From: Octopus sinensis
Taxonomy: Eukaryota
Direction of reading: 5' to 3'
Assembly: GCF_006345805.1 (NCBI RefSeq)
Contig: NC_043013.1
Span: 39,122,001 to 39,186,000 of the forward strand
Length of the DNA: 64,000 nt
The position numbers and the translations under genes are program-made. Within the stretch, counting starts at the first letter, position 1, and each line of letters begins with the position of its first letter. The notes under the pieces were generated by a model, which saw only the letters and a program-made list of their open reading frames with translations, did not search any database and was not told the origin of the DNA. Below are positions 1-13,053 of the stretch, in pieces.

Positions 1-998
1 TGTTTAAACTGGACAGATCTGGCTTCTCACACCTACTCTAAGAATAAACACTCACACTATTGAAATCCCAAAGCTGTGAGATAATCCATGATTAATTCAA
101 AACAATGTGAATATATTACGGAGATCGTGTGCTGAAACGAAAACAATTGCAGCGTGGAAGGTGTTTATAAGCCATTTAAGAAACACACAAAAGCCGTTCG
201 ATTCACTTCAACATTTAAGTTTAATTTGTCAAAATATTTTCGTCGCTAAAATCCGCGACCTGTTCACTGACAAAGTCCGTGCTGCATATATAAGCATTGA
301 ATTTGGCAGATTAATCTGAACATTAAAAGGTTAAACTTGTATTATTAATTATAAACTCATGGCTGCTGGCAGGATCATTATGATGCTGGTCAAAATGCTT
401 GGCAGCATTTTTTCTGGTTCTGCATTCTGAGTTCAGATGCCACTGAGTTAGCTTTTCATCCTATTGGGTTTGATAAAATAATGCACCAGTCAAGTACTCT
501 GGTCGATCTAGTCACTATCCTCCTCTCCTTCAAATTACTGTCCTTGTGCTATGACTAGAAAGAAGTATTTGTTTTAAGTTTAATTCAATGTAAGAGTTCA
601 AACCCTGCCGTGGGCAACTTTGTCATTCATCTTTGTGGGGTTGATAAAATAAAGTATCAGTCCAAGTATTAGTTCATATAAATGACTATTCTCTCAGTTC
701 TTGGACTGGACAAAACATACAACTGTTGTCATGGTTACCCAATATACATTGGATCACTGAAGTATTGACTCCAGTTGCCAACACTAAGATGTGTAAGCTA
801 ACCAATACAATATATATATATACCTGTGTATGGTAACAAAACGTAACATTAATCAATATTATGATAAATATAGATGAGATTAAACTGAACTAACCCCTAA
901 AAATGTGATAATAAATTCCACCAGTACCAATTGTGATATTTTAAACAGGTCAAGCATGTTGCAATAAATATATGCTTGTATTCTACATAAACAATATA

Positions 999-1781
999 CA
1001 GGGTGATTCAAAAGTCTCCATACATAGGAAAAAATTATTTTTTTAAATAAAAACTGTTTATAAGATCCCCTGATCCCTTGATCTGACCCCTCTTAATTTC
1101 TATCTTTGGGGGCATTTGAAAGGCACGGTGTATCGCAGAAAGATAAAAGACATAAATCATTTGAAGGAACGCATCACCAACTCCTTTGCACACGTATCAC
1201 CAGATGTGCTATTATGAGTTTACAGTGAGTGGGGTTAACGTATTGCAATGTGTATTCAAAACAATGGTAACCATATAGAGACTCTTTACTCTTTTTCTCT
1301 TTTTAATTGTTTCAGTCATTTGGCTGCGGCCATGCTGGAGCACCGCCTTTAGTCAAGCAAATCGACCCTGGGACTTATTCTTTTGTAAGCCCAGTACTTA
1401 TTCTACCGGTCTTTTTTGCCGAACCGCTAAGTAACGGGGACGTAAACACACCATTGTCAAACAATGCTAGGGGGCCAAACACAGACACACAAACACATAC
1501 ACACACACATATACATATATATATATATATATATACGACAGGCTTCTTTCAGTTTCCGTCTACCAAATCCACTCACAAGGCATTGGTCAGCCCGGGGCTA
1601 TAGCAGAAGACACTTGCCCAAGATGCCACGCAGTGGGACTGAACCTGGAACCATGTGGTTGGTTAGAAAGCTACTTACCACACAACCACTCCTGCGCTGT
1701 TAGATAGAAAACTATTTTTATAAACCGTTTCTTATAAAAAGATAAATTGTTCCTTTGTATGGCGACTTTTGAATCACCCTG
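999..1781 (+). mobile_element. Non-autonomous Tc1/mariner-superfamily element (internally deleted) with nested SINE
   Basis: TIRs CAGGGTGATTCAAAAGTC(T/G)CCATACA at 999 and ending at 1781, flanked by TA on both sides. 1080-1215 encodes DLTPLNFYLWGHLKGTVYRRKIKDINHLKERITNSF, the C-terminal SPDLTPLDF.LWG.LK motif of Tc1/mariner-type transposases. Confidence 0.85.
1281..1697 (-). mobile_element. tRNA-derived SINE, family A (CORE-like, AAGAGT tail)
   Basis: Minus strand starts GCGCAGGAGTGGTTGTGTGGTAAG with A/B boxes, then a CORE-like TTGGGCAAGTGTCTTCT, an internal (TA/TG)n and an AAGAGT tail. Many copies in the window. Confidence 0.9.
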
Positions 1782-2035
1782 TATATGTTCAATACAATAT
1801 AAGGCTGTATCTTGCATGCAATGTATCTTCTTAATCAATTTTGCAATAAGTAATAAATAAATAAATAATTATTAGTTGTTAACATGCAATATTTATAGAT
1901 TTGTTTTCCACAATATCATTAGTTAATTAAACAAGCAGTGTTTCATGTTAAGAAGCAATTTTTTTAGTAGGGTAATGTCTGTGTTTTTATGTAGGTTGTT
2001 CCCCACCCCCTTCACCAAAGTTCAAACAACATATT

Positions 2036-2268
2036 CTTATTTCTTTACTGCTTACAAGGGGCTACACACAGAGGGGACAAACAAGGACAGACAAACGGAT
2101 TAAGTCGATTATATCGACATCAGTGCGTAACTGGTACTTATTTAATCGACCCTGAAAGGATGAAAGGCAAAGTTGACTTTGGTGGAATTTGAACTCAAAA
2201 TGTAGCAGCAGACAAAATACCGCTAAGCATTTTGCCTGGCGTGCTAACGTTTCTGCCAGCTCACTGCA
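2036..2268 (-). mobile_element. tRNA-derived SINE, family C
   Basis: Matches the family C consensus (GAGCTGGCAGAAACGTTAGC...GAGTTCAAATTCC...GCCTTTCATCCTTTCGGGGTCGATAAATTAAGTACCAG) seen intact at 53364. Confidence 0.85.
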
Positions 2269-2339
2269 TTCTACTGTATCAAACTGTTTTCTCTACATCC
2301 TCCTCCTCAACATCATCATCGTCATCACCACCATAGTTT

Positions 2340-2660
2340 TAATCCTTTTGATACCAACTTGCCTGAGATCACACCTGGTTCTATGACACATCCTGTTTTA
2401 ACCCTTTACCATTCAAACTGGCCATATCCAGGTCAAAATATTTAACCTGTTCTGTGTTGAAACCAGCCACAGCCCTACAATGTCCTTTTAACCCTTTTGA
2501 TACCAAACCAGTTCAAATCACTTCTGGCTCTGTAGTACAAATGTCTTGTTTTCAAATCTTAGTCACAATTTATGTCCCTGACACTAGCTTAATGATAACT
2601 AAGTTATTTTACTAAATTCTTTGTTACATTTTAAATTAGTTGAAAGAAACACAGAGCATG
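2340..2660. mobile_element. Possible piggyBac-like MITE fragments
   Basis: Three TTAA-C(C/T)CTTT starts at ~2340, 2398 and 2488, two followed by the same TTTTGATACCAA. Matching right ends were not found. Confidence 0.35.
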
Positions 2661-2729
2661 TGTCAAAGTTCAAAAAATCATCGTCATCATCATTATTATT
2701 AAGGGTGTTTATATGGCAGTATTATTAGC

Positions 2730-3095
2730 AAGGCATCGAGCTGGCAGAAATGTTAGCACACCTGGCGAAATGCTTAGTGGTATTTTGTCTGTCTTTTTGT
2801 TCTGAGTTCAAATTCCACTGAGGTTGACTTTGCCTTTCCTCTTTTCAGGGTCGATAAATTAAGTACCGCTGCGTACTGGGATCGACCTAATCGACTGGCT
2901 CCTTCCCCTAAAATTTCGAGCCTTGTGTAGAAAAGCATCAGCATTTTGTCTGTCTTTATGTTCTGAGTTCAAATGCTGCCAGAGTCAGTTTTGCCTTTCA
3001 TCCTTTCAGGGTCGATAAATTATCAGTTGTGTACTGGGTTTGATGTAATCAATTAGCTCAATCTCTTAATATTTTGGGCCTTGTGCCTATAGTAC
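2730..3095 (+). mobile_element. Family C SINE dimer
   Basis: A full copy is followed directly by a second copy that starts at the internal GCATTTTGTCTGTC position. Confidence 0.75.
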
Positions 3096-4137
3096 AAAGA
3101 ATTATTGTTAATATTACAAAGATCTGACGGTTGAGAGAATCGTTTGAATGACTTTCTTCCCACTCCTTACACATTCTCAGTTGAAATCCTGTTGGGGCCA
3201 ACTTCAACTGGTATCCTTTCAATGTTGATAAAACTGAAATACCAGTCAAATACTGGGGTTAACTAAATTTCCCCCAAATTTCTGGCCTTTTGTTTCTATT
3301 AGGAATGTTGTTTGTTACTATTAGAATGGACTTTTTTTTTAATACACATTTGAATAGGGATATTTAACCCGAAATATTGAGAATAAGTAAATATTCCTAA
3401 GGTATATTTCAGTATATATATATTAGTGTTATTATGAGAGGTAATGGTGTTATTGAGACCCAAAGGTGTCAGGTAATGCTGAATAAGTGCTATAGATGGA
3501 CCGCAGTTAAGTTCCAGGTTCGGTGATTATGCGAATAAGGGGTTCAACGTTGGTCATATGTCTGCGTGTGTATATAAAAATTTTATTTCGTAATGGGATA
3601 AAAAAACCATGGCTGTGTAGATTTTAGAACATTTGATCACAACCCTGGATTCAATAACACCGTGTATAAACTCTATACTTGAATGACCAATTTTAAATTC
3701 TATTGGATTTTACTCATAAAATCTTGGAATATTATATGTACACCATCCTGCCTAAAAAAATGGATCTACAAATGCAATATCCCTACATATCTCACATCTA
3801 TTTTCTTTTATTTCCTCCACCTCACTCTCTATTTTGTATCCTATCTAAATTAACTATTTCTTAATCATCCTCTCACATCGTCTCCAATGAAGAGATATAA
3901 TAAGTATCCTGGAAACAACTGTAAGACTTTTCTATAAATGTTCTAAAATCTACGCATCTAAAGGCGGTGCTCCAGCATGGCCGCAGTCAAATGACTGAAA
4001 CAAGTAAAAGAGAGCCTTGGGGGGTTTTTTTATCATTACGAAATAAAATTTTTATATTAGTATTATTATTGATATTAAATGTTTGATTTGCATGAACAGT
4101 ATACTTAGTATATTTATTTTCTGTTATTATATTCTAG

Positions 4138-4332
4138 GGAAATTTAAGAGTGGTATAAAGAATTTCAGCACCAGTTTATCAGCAATTAGTCCCCAAGAGT
4201 TAAAAGAACTTCTGCAGTCTTCAGAACATGAAGAAATCTATGAAGGGAAGAACAGTTCGAGCGTGATCAGTAAAGCAGATCTACAGAAGTTATTAGACCG
4301 ATCGGACTTCCTTGACAAACAGAAGAAGACAG
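4138..4332 (+). CDS. HELLS: Penultimate coding exon of HELLS/LSH-like SNF2-family helicase
   Basis: Acceptor ttctag at 4132-4137, donor gt at 4333, phase 1-1. Peptide GKFKSGIKNFSTSLSAISPQELKELLQSSEHEEIYEGKNSSSVISKADLQKLLDRSDFLDKQKKT resembles, from memory, the HELLS C-terminus (..DPKELMELLKSRDYE..VISDKDLELLLDRSDLID..). Confidence 0.85.
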
Positions 4333-5046
4333 GTTTGTTGTTTGTTGCTCTTCACATTCATTCTGATGTTCATGATTATGATGATGACAGTGATGCTGTT
4401 TAACTCCAGGTCATTACTAATCCAGTAGACCTATGATCAAAGTCTAATCCTAATCACTAGGATTTACTTTTTAGACATGGTGTGTGTGTATCTAGAATTG
4501 CATTAAACATTGTCTATTCTTTTTTGAAGGATTTAGCTGCTGTTTCTAGGGAGTTTGGTGACCATAGAAAAGCTATTTTGTGTGTGTTTTCTCGATGGGG
4601 TTAGCATTGCTCATAATGGAAATCTGGTAATCTGGAGAATGCGTGTCTTGGATGTTGATACTTTATATAATCACAAACACTGTCTGTTATATAGAAGTGG
4701 TGGTCATGGATGTAATGGATTTGATCATACATTGAGTCAAGTTTTTACCAACTTGATTACAGGTTCCACATGCTAGAAGTTTATATTGTAGTTTACAGAT
4801 TATTATTATTTTTGTATGTTGAGTTCAAATTCTGCCGAGGTTGACTTTGCCTTCATCCTTTTGTGGTCAATAAAATAAGTACCAGTTGTTCATTGGGATC
4901 AACAGGATCAATTTACCCAACGCTCTACTGATTTTCCAATGTCTGTTCTTAACATATCTCTTGTCCCTGTCGATTTATCTGTTATTTCTTTAATTTAATC
5001 TAATTTAAATTTTTAAAAAGTGTTAAATTTCTTTTCTTTTTTTCAG

Positions 5047-5180
5047 GCCACAAGAAACCAAATGAAACCTGCAAAGAAGTAGCTGGAGTCTTTAAAGTTA
5101 TTGAAACTGAAGAGAATTCTTCTAAGTTATCCAATATTATTGACTTAAAGAACAAAGTGTTAGACACGGAAGTTTGTTAA
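5047..5180 (+). CDS. HELLS: Terminal coding exon of HELLS/LSH-like helicase
   Basis: A long polypyrimidine tract ends in tttcag at 5046. Phase is compatible with the previous exon. Reads (G)HKKPNETCKEVAGVFKVIETEENSSKLSNIIDLKNKVLDTEVC* with TAA at 5178-5180. GVFKVIE matches HELLS GIFKILE. Confidence 0.85.
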
Positions 5181-5907
5181 TAATTCAATCAAAAACACAC
5201 AAAAGTGAGAAGATGAACCTTTAGCATGCTTAAGGACATCATTGTGCCATATGAGTTGTCTCCCTTGTAAGCTGTATGTGTGTTGTCACTTTGGGAGGGG
5301 AGTACACTCATACGGTGACATGCTGCATCTACAGCATGCTAAAGGTTAAATTCATTTGTTTAAAACTAAGTCACCAAACCATTTGTCGTTTGTCATTTCC
5401 TGCTATTCTCAGCCTTTATCATCATTTTTTAAAAACAAAAGCAAACCTCCCCCACCCCTATCCATACGATACTATTTGGAGACCAATTAAGTGTCATGAC
5501 ATATCACTTCAATCTCTTTTCTGAAGTTAATCATTGAAATAACTCTCGTTCTTGCCCTTCTCATGGTTTAATTATCAAATTATTTAAGTACAATTAATCA
5601 GTTAATCTAGCTTCCAAATTTCTCACACCTGCAACACATCTGTATCAATGTATAAATTATATAAAGTTTTTAATTCATTGCATTTGTTGTGGTTTTTTTC
5701 TTCTTCCTTGTTTCTCTTCTCTGCTGCAAACCTTTATTGTAACAAAACTCTCAACTACAAACATCTATTTCATTCCCAAATTTCATGAACCAGATAATCT
5801 TTGCTGCTATTTCGACTTTGTCAGTAACCTTCTAATCAAACTCTCTCTGCAGTCTTCAGCAATTTACTAAAAGCTTTTGCTGGCACCTTATCCACAGATA
5901 TTGAAGA

Positions 5908-6209
5908 TACTCTTTTACTTGTTGCAGTCATTTGGCTGCGGTCATGCTGGAACACCGCTACGTTACGGGGACACAATCACACCACCATCGGTTGTCAAGT
6001 GATGTTGGGGGGACAAACACAGATGCGCAAACATACACACACACAATGATGGGCTTCTTTCAGTTTCCGTCTACCAAATCCACTCACAAGGCTTTGGCCG
6101 GCCCAAGGCTATAGTAGAAGACGCTTGTCTAAGGTGCCATGCAGTGGGAATGAACCCAGAACCATGTGGTTGGTAAGCAAGCTACTTACCACACAGCCAC
6201 TCCTGTGCC
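5908..6209 (-). mobile_element. Family A SINE, internally deleted
   Basis: Same head and tail as 1281-1697, with part of the 3' body missing. Confidence 0.85.
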
Positions 6210-6699
6210 TATGACAACCATACATTAAACTAATTAAGCTTGTAATCTCTGGAGAATGAGAACAAGTTAAAAAAGTTCTATGTTTAAGAGATGAGAAATT
6301 ATGTACATTATTTACATTCAATGGATATTTATCCTCACCTTGTTAGTTGTTAACATGTTTCCCCAAGACACCTGAAAAAGGCTGGAGGGCATATCAACAA
6401 AAACGTGTTAACAACAAACAAGATGAGGACAAATATCCATCGAATGTAAATAATGTAAGTTAAAAAAGCTTCAGTGAAATGAGTCTTTTCCTTGGTCACT
6501 TTCATGAATATATACATAATTTTTAGCCGACCTCTGACTTCAATTTCCCCCCCCCCCCTCCTCTAGCTTTATGAGTTATTCTTCATCTTTACCTCTTTTC
6601 TCTTACTCTTCCTCCTTGCAATTCATTTGCCTTTGCTACACGTCATCTATACACAGCAAAAGCAGTTTGTCCATATCAGACTTTATTTAATCTCTCTAT

Positions 6700-6733
6700 G
6701 TATGTATATATATATATATATATATACACACAC

Positions 6734-6793
<60 letters not shown>

Positions 6794-6865
6794 TATATAT
6801 ATATATATATTATTATATATATATATATATATACACACATATATATATATATTATATATATATAT

Positions 6866-6937
<72 letters not shown>

Positions 6938-6998
6938 TATATATATTATATTATATATATATATATATTATATATATATATATTATATATATATATAA
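6700..6998. repeat. (TA)n microsatellite with CA interruptions
   Basis: Read directly. It explains the YI-repeat ORFs. Confidence 0.95.
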
Positions 6999-6999
6999 A

Positions 7000-7400
7000 A
7001 AATATATACAAACTGGGACAAGAACGTGAAACACCTAGAAATCGACTCAAGAAACACAGGACAGGACATTCGAAGCCCTCAATCATCAGTCAAGAACCAG
7101 ATCATCTTCGCAATTTCGGCTGATTAATCTTGAGATTGCTCCGATCTGGGCAGCCCCTAAGGGAAATCTAAGCCAAGCGCATTAGATCCCTTGGAAGAAA
7201 GCCTCGAATGTATACAACACAAGGACGGAAAACGGACGATGTTACACAAATAAAAATACAAAAATACGTAAAAACAATAAAGAAAGCACGAATAAGAATA
7301 CAAATACGTAAAAACAATAATGGTAAGGATAAAAACAAAACCAGGACGTCAGGACAAGGGTCTTTCGACAGGACGAGTTGAGTTTGGGGCTGGCTAGTGA
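7000..7400. repeat. Dispersed repeat fragment, homologous to 49350-49480
   Basis: Shares CAGTCAAGAACCAGATCATC(T/C)TCGCAATTTCGGCTGAT with 49440-49478. Both copies abut (TA)n. Confidence 0.6.
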
Positions 7401-7446
7401 AAATATATCCACTTATGTATACACACGTAAACATGTAAGTTAATAC

Positions 7447-7860
7447 ATACTCTCTTTTACTTGTTTCAGTCATTTGACTGTGGCCATGCTGAAGCACCGC
7501 CTTTAGTCGAAGAAATCGACCCCAGGACTTATTCTTTGTAAGCCTAGTATTTATTCTATCGGTCTCTTTTGCCAAACCACTAAGTTATAGGGATGTAAAC
7601 ACCAGCATTGGTTGTCAAGCGATGTTGGGGGACAAACACAGACACAAACGTATGCACACACACACACACACATATATATGTATGTATGTACATATATACG
7701 ACAGGCTTCTTTCAGTTTTCGTCTACCAAATCCACTCACAAGGCTTTGGTTGGCCAGAGGCTATAGTAGACACTTGCCCAAGGTGCCACACAGTGGGACT
7801 GAACCCGAAATCATGTGGTTGGTAAGCAAGCTACTTACCACACAGCCACTCCTGCACCTC
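7447..7860 (-). mobile_element. Family A SINE
   Basis: Full-length match to 1281-1697. Confidence 0.9.
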
Positions 7861-7902
7861 TACATATATATATATATGTACATTATATTTTTTTTAAAAA
7901 TG

Positions 7903-8215
7903 GCACTCCGTCAGTTACGACGACGAGGATCCCAGCTGATATCAATGGAACACCTTGCTCGTGAAATTAACGTGCAAGTGGTTAAGCACTCTACAAACAC
8001 GTGTACCCTTAACATAGTTCTCAGGGAGATTCAGTGTGACAGGGCTGGCCCTTTGAAATACAGATATAACTCATTTTTGCCTGCTGAATGAACTGGAGTT
8101 ACGTGAAATAAAGTGTCTTGCTCAAGGACACAACGCGTCGTTGGGAATTGAACTCTTGACCTTATGATCATGAGCTTGAATGCCCTAACCACTAAGCCAC
8201 GTTCCTTCACACGTA
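7903..8215 (-). mobile_element. SINE with family B 3' tail but a different tRNA/CORE-like head
   Basis: The tail CACTCCGTCAGTTACGACGACGAGG matches family B. The minus-strand head GTGGCTTAGTGGTTAGGGC...GTTCAATTCCC...GTGTCCTTGAGCAAGACAC differs. Confidence 0.75.
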
Positions 8216-8222
8216 TATCATA

Positions 8223-9480
8223 TCTATAAAAGGCAGGATGTGTTTGTACGTGATTGTAATTTATGCACGTCCACAAATTTGCATGCATGTCGCTCAAATT
8301 TTAGGAGGACATTTGCCAACACCCTATCTGGGTTTTGTCAACTTATTTTTTTCCCGAGGCACCCGTGGATAGGGTAAAAATCTATTTTCAACCATAGCTT
8401 TTAACCATAACAAATAGCCATTATTTTTTGATGGCGTCTAACAAAAAAAAAATATGATAAAGAAAAGTGGAAGAAGGAGGTAGAGAGTTTCACATGATCA
8501 TCATCATTTAACGTCTGCTTTCCAAACTAGCATGGGTTGGACGGTTCAACTGGGGTCTGGGAAGCCCGAAGACTGCACCAGGCCAGTCAGATCTGGAAGT
8601 GTTTCTACAGCTGGATGCCCTTCCTAACGCCAACCACTCCGTGATTGTAGTGGGTGCCTTTAATGTGCCACCGACACGTGCCAGACGAGGCTGGCGAACG
8701 GCCACACTTGGATGGTGCTTTTTACGTGCCATCGGCACGGGAAAGCCAAAGTGAGATAAGGACTGAGAGAGAGTAAAATATGATGTTCATAAAAAATAGA
8801 ATGTAAAATGTTTTGTTTTTTGTTTTTGAAAGACACTATATTTTATAATCATAGTATATATACTTTCTCTCACAACAATTACAATATATTTATTTTAAAT
8901 CGTTCATTTTTCTCCCCCCTCTCTCTCTCACACACATTACTTTGGGTCTGAAAGAGTTTTGTTTTTATTTTACGCCGAGTAAAAAAGTGTTTTGTTGACA
9001 ATCCATTTATTGAACAACAAAGAAACGAGGTGAGTAATAATTTGTCAGTGAATTACACAATATAAATGGGTACAATTTGCGAGGCTTCCACCACACCCCA
9101 CTCCGTTTCACGGACCACAAAAAGGGTTTTGAGGCCAGAGTAGTTGATTCCATGCCAAAAAAAAAACGATTTTTTCTTAGTGAAAATTGTGCGAGTTTTA
9201 ATCTACAAATTTAACATTTTTTCCATTCATTTCTGTTCATGAACATGTATGCGTGCACAAAACATGCAATAGGTGTACGTACGTGTGTGTATGTGTGTTC
9301 GTGTCTGTTGCCTATATATATTTATATTATATTATATATATATATATATATAATATAACTAATTTCAACGGATTTCGCTCAAATTTGACGTCTATATTAC
9401 TTAGTTTGGTTTGAAATAAAGAACTTGATTAGCTTAATAATCGTAACTTAATCCCGGGCAAGGCCGGGTTATACTGCTAG
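8223..9480 (+). mobile_element. Non-autonomous Helitron, family H copy 1
   Basis: 5' A|TCTATAAAAG, and a 3' CCCGGGCAAGGCCGGG hairpin followed by CTAG|T. Homologous to 9486-12191. Confidence 0.8.
8494..8738 (-). mobile_element. RTE-type SINE/LINE 3' end inserted in Helitron copy 1
   Basis: Absent from the orthologous position in Helitron copy 2. It has a (GAT)n tail and GGATGCCCTTCCTAACGCCAACC, as in RTE-related 3' ends. Confidence 0.65.
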
Positions 9481-9485
9481 TCATA

Positions 9486-12032
9486 TCTATAAAGGGGAGG
9501 ATGTGTGCGTGCGTGATTGTAATTTATGCACGTCCACAAATTTGCACGCATGTTGCTCAAATTTTAGGAGGACATTTGTCAACATCCTATCTGGGTTTTG
9601 TCAACTTTATTTTTCCCCGAGGCACCCGTGGATAGCGCAAATATCTATTTTCAGACATAGCTTTTAGCCACAAAAAATATCGACCATTACTTTTTGACAG
9701 CGTCTAACAAAAAAATTAAGATAAAGAAAAGTGGAAGAAGGAGGCAGAGAGTTTCACGGGAAAGACAAAGTGAGAGAGGGACAGGCAGAGTAAACGACGG
9801 CATTCATGAAAATCCATTTTTAGCCATTGCTTTTGGACGGCATCTAACAAAAAGATAAAGAAAAGTGGAAGAAGGAGGCAGAGAGTTTCACGAGAAAGAC
9901 AAAGTGAGAGAGAAAGAGAGTAATTGATGGCGTTCATCTTTATATATAAAAGAGAGGTTGTGTGCTGTCTGTCTCCTACGATTTAGATTCCTAACTACCA
10001 CATTTTGCGGTGCAGTTTAACCAAAACCGGGTATCTTATAATCGTGATTCATATCGAGCCCTTCTGGGTATTAGCGCGCGTCTACGATGAGTCTACGATT
10101 TAAAAAAAAATTTACCATCAGTTTTTCCCATTTTAATGCAGTTTTGGCATATATAAGGGAAGTAACTCTAAAAATTCATTATTAAATCTCAGAACGTAAA
10201 AAGCTACAGTAACACCCCCCCTTTCTGGTTAGCCATATTGAGATGGCTATTATACTTTACATCTCTAAAAATGCTTATATAGTTATTTCCCTTACAAACC
10301 CGAGCAACGCCGGGCGATACTGCTAGTCTTTATATATAAAAGTGAGGTTGTGTGCTGTCTGTCTCCTACGATTTAGATTCCTAACTACTCCAACATTTTG
10401 CGGTGCAGTTTAACCAAAACCGGGTATCTTATAGTCGTGATTCATATCGAGCCCTTCTGGGTATTAGCGCGCGTCTACGATTAAAAAAAAATTACCATCA
10501 ATTTTTCCCATTTTTAATGCATTTTTGGTATATATAAGGGAAGTAACTCTCTAAAAATTTATTAAATCTCAACGTAAAAAGCTACAGTAACACCCCCCTC
10601 CTTTGTGGTTAGCCATATTGAGATGGCTATTATACTTTACATCTCTAAAAATGCTTATATAGTTATTTCCCTTACAAACCCGAGCAACGCCGGGCGATAC
10701 TGCTAGTAAAAAGTAAAATGTTTTGTTTTTTGTTTTTGAAAGACACTATATTTTATAATCATAGTATATATACTTTCTCACACAACAATTACAATATACT
10801 GTGTTCCCTTTTGATTGTTTGTGCGCATGAGTGTGGGTCAGTGTGTGTGTGTGTGTGTGTGCCTATACATGCACATATGTATGTGTGTGTTTGTATGTTA
10901 GATATGTAAATAAACAGATCAATATACAGACGGATAGGTATATAGATTATATGAACAGCCACTTATGGAAACACGGATCCACACATAAAGATGCGCATCC
11001 ATCCATCCATACATACAAACATGGTACATAGTTACATAACACACACGCACAAATATGCATACACAAAGAGACAGAGGTACATATATATACACACACATGC
11101 TCACACACACACACATACATAGAAAATACACAAACACGGACAGGCAAGCACATAAATATGCAGGATACGTACATGCAGATGCACACACATACATACATAT
11201 ATACATATGCATACGCACACATATATACATACAAACACATGCAAACACACACACGCACATACATACGTACATGCTTGCATGTATAGGCACACGCGCATGC
11301 GCACAAACAAACAAAAGGGAACGCGGTGTAAATAACGGACAGAGTCAAAACTATTGAAAAGGTTGCAACACGCAACGAAAATTTTAGGAAAATAAAAATA
11401 AGAAATAAGTGGAAATTTTACCGGTGAGTGTGTTAAATAATAGGGCACAAAAAGAAAATGACTCTCCCCAGACACAACGGAATATGCTTCATTGAACACA
11501 CGAACTCATATAAAGAATCTTGCAAACCGAATCTAAAAACGAATTACAATATATTTATTTTAAATCATTTATTTATTTTAAATCGTTCACTTTCTCCCCC
11601 CCTCTCTCTCACATACATTACTTTGGGTGCGAAAGAGTTTTGTTTTTATCTTACGCCGAGTAAAAACGTTTTGTTGACAATGCATTTATTTAACAACAAA
11701 GAAACACAGAGGTGAATAATAATTTGTCAGTGAATTACACAATATAAATGGGTACAATTTGCGAGGCTTCCACCACACCCCACTCCGTTTCACGGACCAC
11801 AAAAAGGGTTTTGAGGCCAGAGTAGTTGATTCCGCGCGCAAAAAAAAAAAAAAAACGATTTTTTCTTAGTGAAAATCGTGCGAGTGTTAATCTACAAATT
11901 AACAACAGTTTTTCCATTCATTTCTGTTTATGAACATGTATGCGTGCACAAAACATGCAATAGGTGTACGTACGTACGTGTGTGTATGTGTGTTCGTGTC
12001 TGTTGCCCATATATATTTATATTATATTATAT

Positions 12033-12072
<40 letters not shown>

Positions 12073-12191
12073 TATATAACTAATTTCAACGGATTTCGCT
12101 CAAATTTGACGTCTATATTACTTAGTTTGGTTTGAAATAAAGAACTTGATTAGCTTAATAATCGTAACTTAATCCCGGGTTATACTGCTAG
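9486..12191 (+). mobile_element. Non-autonomous Helitron, family H copy 2, with nested insertion
   Basis: 5' A|TCTATAAAGG, 3' ...CCCGGGTTATACTGCTAG|T at 12191. Body is homologous to copy 1 and interrupted at 9937-10706. Confidence 0.8.
9937..10706 (+). mobile_element. Head-to-tail dimer of a ~385-bp non-autonomous Helitron (family B)
   Basis: Two units (9937-10326, 10327-10706) each start TCTTTATATATAAAAG and end CCCGAGCAACGCCGGGCGATACTGCTAG. Inserted at an A|T site with no TSD. Confidence 0.85.
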
Positions 12192-12644
12192 TTATTAATA
12201 TATAGTTAGCATGTTCTGTAGCCCCATTAGTATTCCTCTAGTTAATACCTGATATCAGTCTTTATAGATACCACCTAATAAATAATTGAATTAATAAACA
12301 ATTTCTCTATAATCTTTTTTCTATTGATGATAATAAGATATATTTTGCTTCCCCATGGTTTTAGTAATTAAGCTATATATTCCCTTCTATGATGTTATAC
12401 TCTACCTGATCATATTATTATTTTATAATAGCCTTTATGAAATTAAATCTATTTTTTGTACCCTTAGATATTTATATTAGCTTACACATAACAACACCGG
12501 TAGCTTTACAACTTATATTATACCTCTTAGATTATATCTAATATATAGTTAGCATGTTCTATCACCCCAGTACTCCTTTAGTAAATGCCAGCGATCAATC
12601 TTCATAAATACCATATAATAAGTAAATATTTAAGTATATCTCTT

Positions 12645-12852
12645 TTAATCTTTTACTTGTTTCAGTCATTTGACTGTGGCCATGCTGGAGCACCGCCTTT
12701 AGTCGAGCAAATCGACCCCGGGACTTATTCTTTGTAAGCCCAGTACTTATTCTATCAGTCTATTTTGCCGAACCGCTAAGTGATGGGGACGTAAACACAC
12801 CAGCATTGGTTGTCAAGCAATGCTTGGGGGACAAACACAAACACACATACAC

Positions 12853-12887
<35 letters not shown>

Positions 12888-13053
12888 CATATATACGACA
12901 GGCTTCTTTCAGTTTCCGTATACCAAATCCACTCACAAGGCTTTGGTCGGCTTGAGGCTATAGCAAAAGACACTTGCCCAAGATGCCACGCAGTGGAACT
13001 GAACCCGGAACCATGTGGTTGGTTAGCAAGCTACTTACCACACAGCCACTCCT
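12645..13053 (-). mobile_element. Family A SINE
   Basis: Full-length match to the other family A copies. Confidence 0.9.

Noticed and set aside
7055-7095. CUGAUGA..CGAAU motif (also 49415-49445, 56860-56915, 57245-57285)
   Set aside because: The core or helices are incomplete, so these cannot be called ribozymes, although a PLE origin is plausible.
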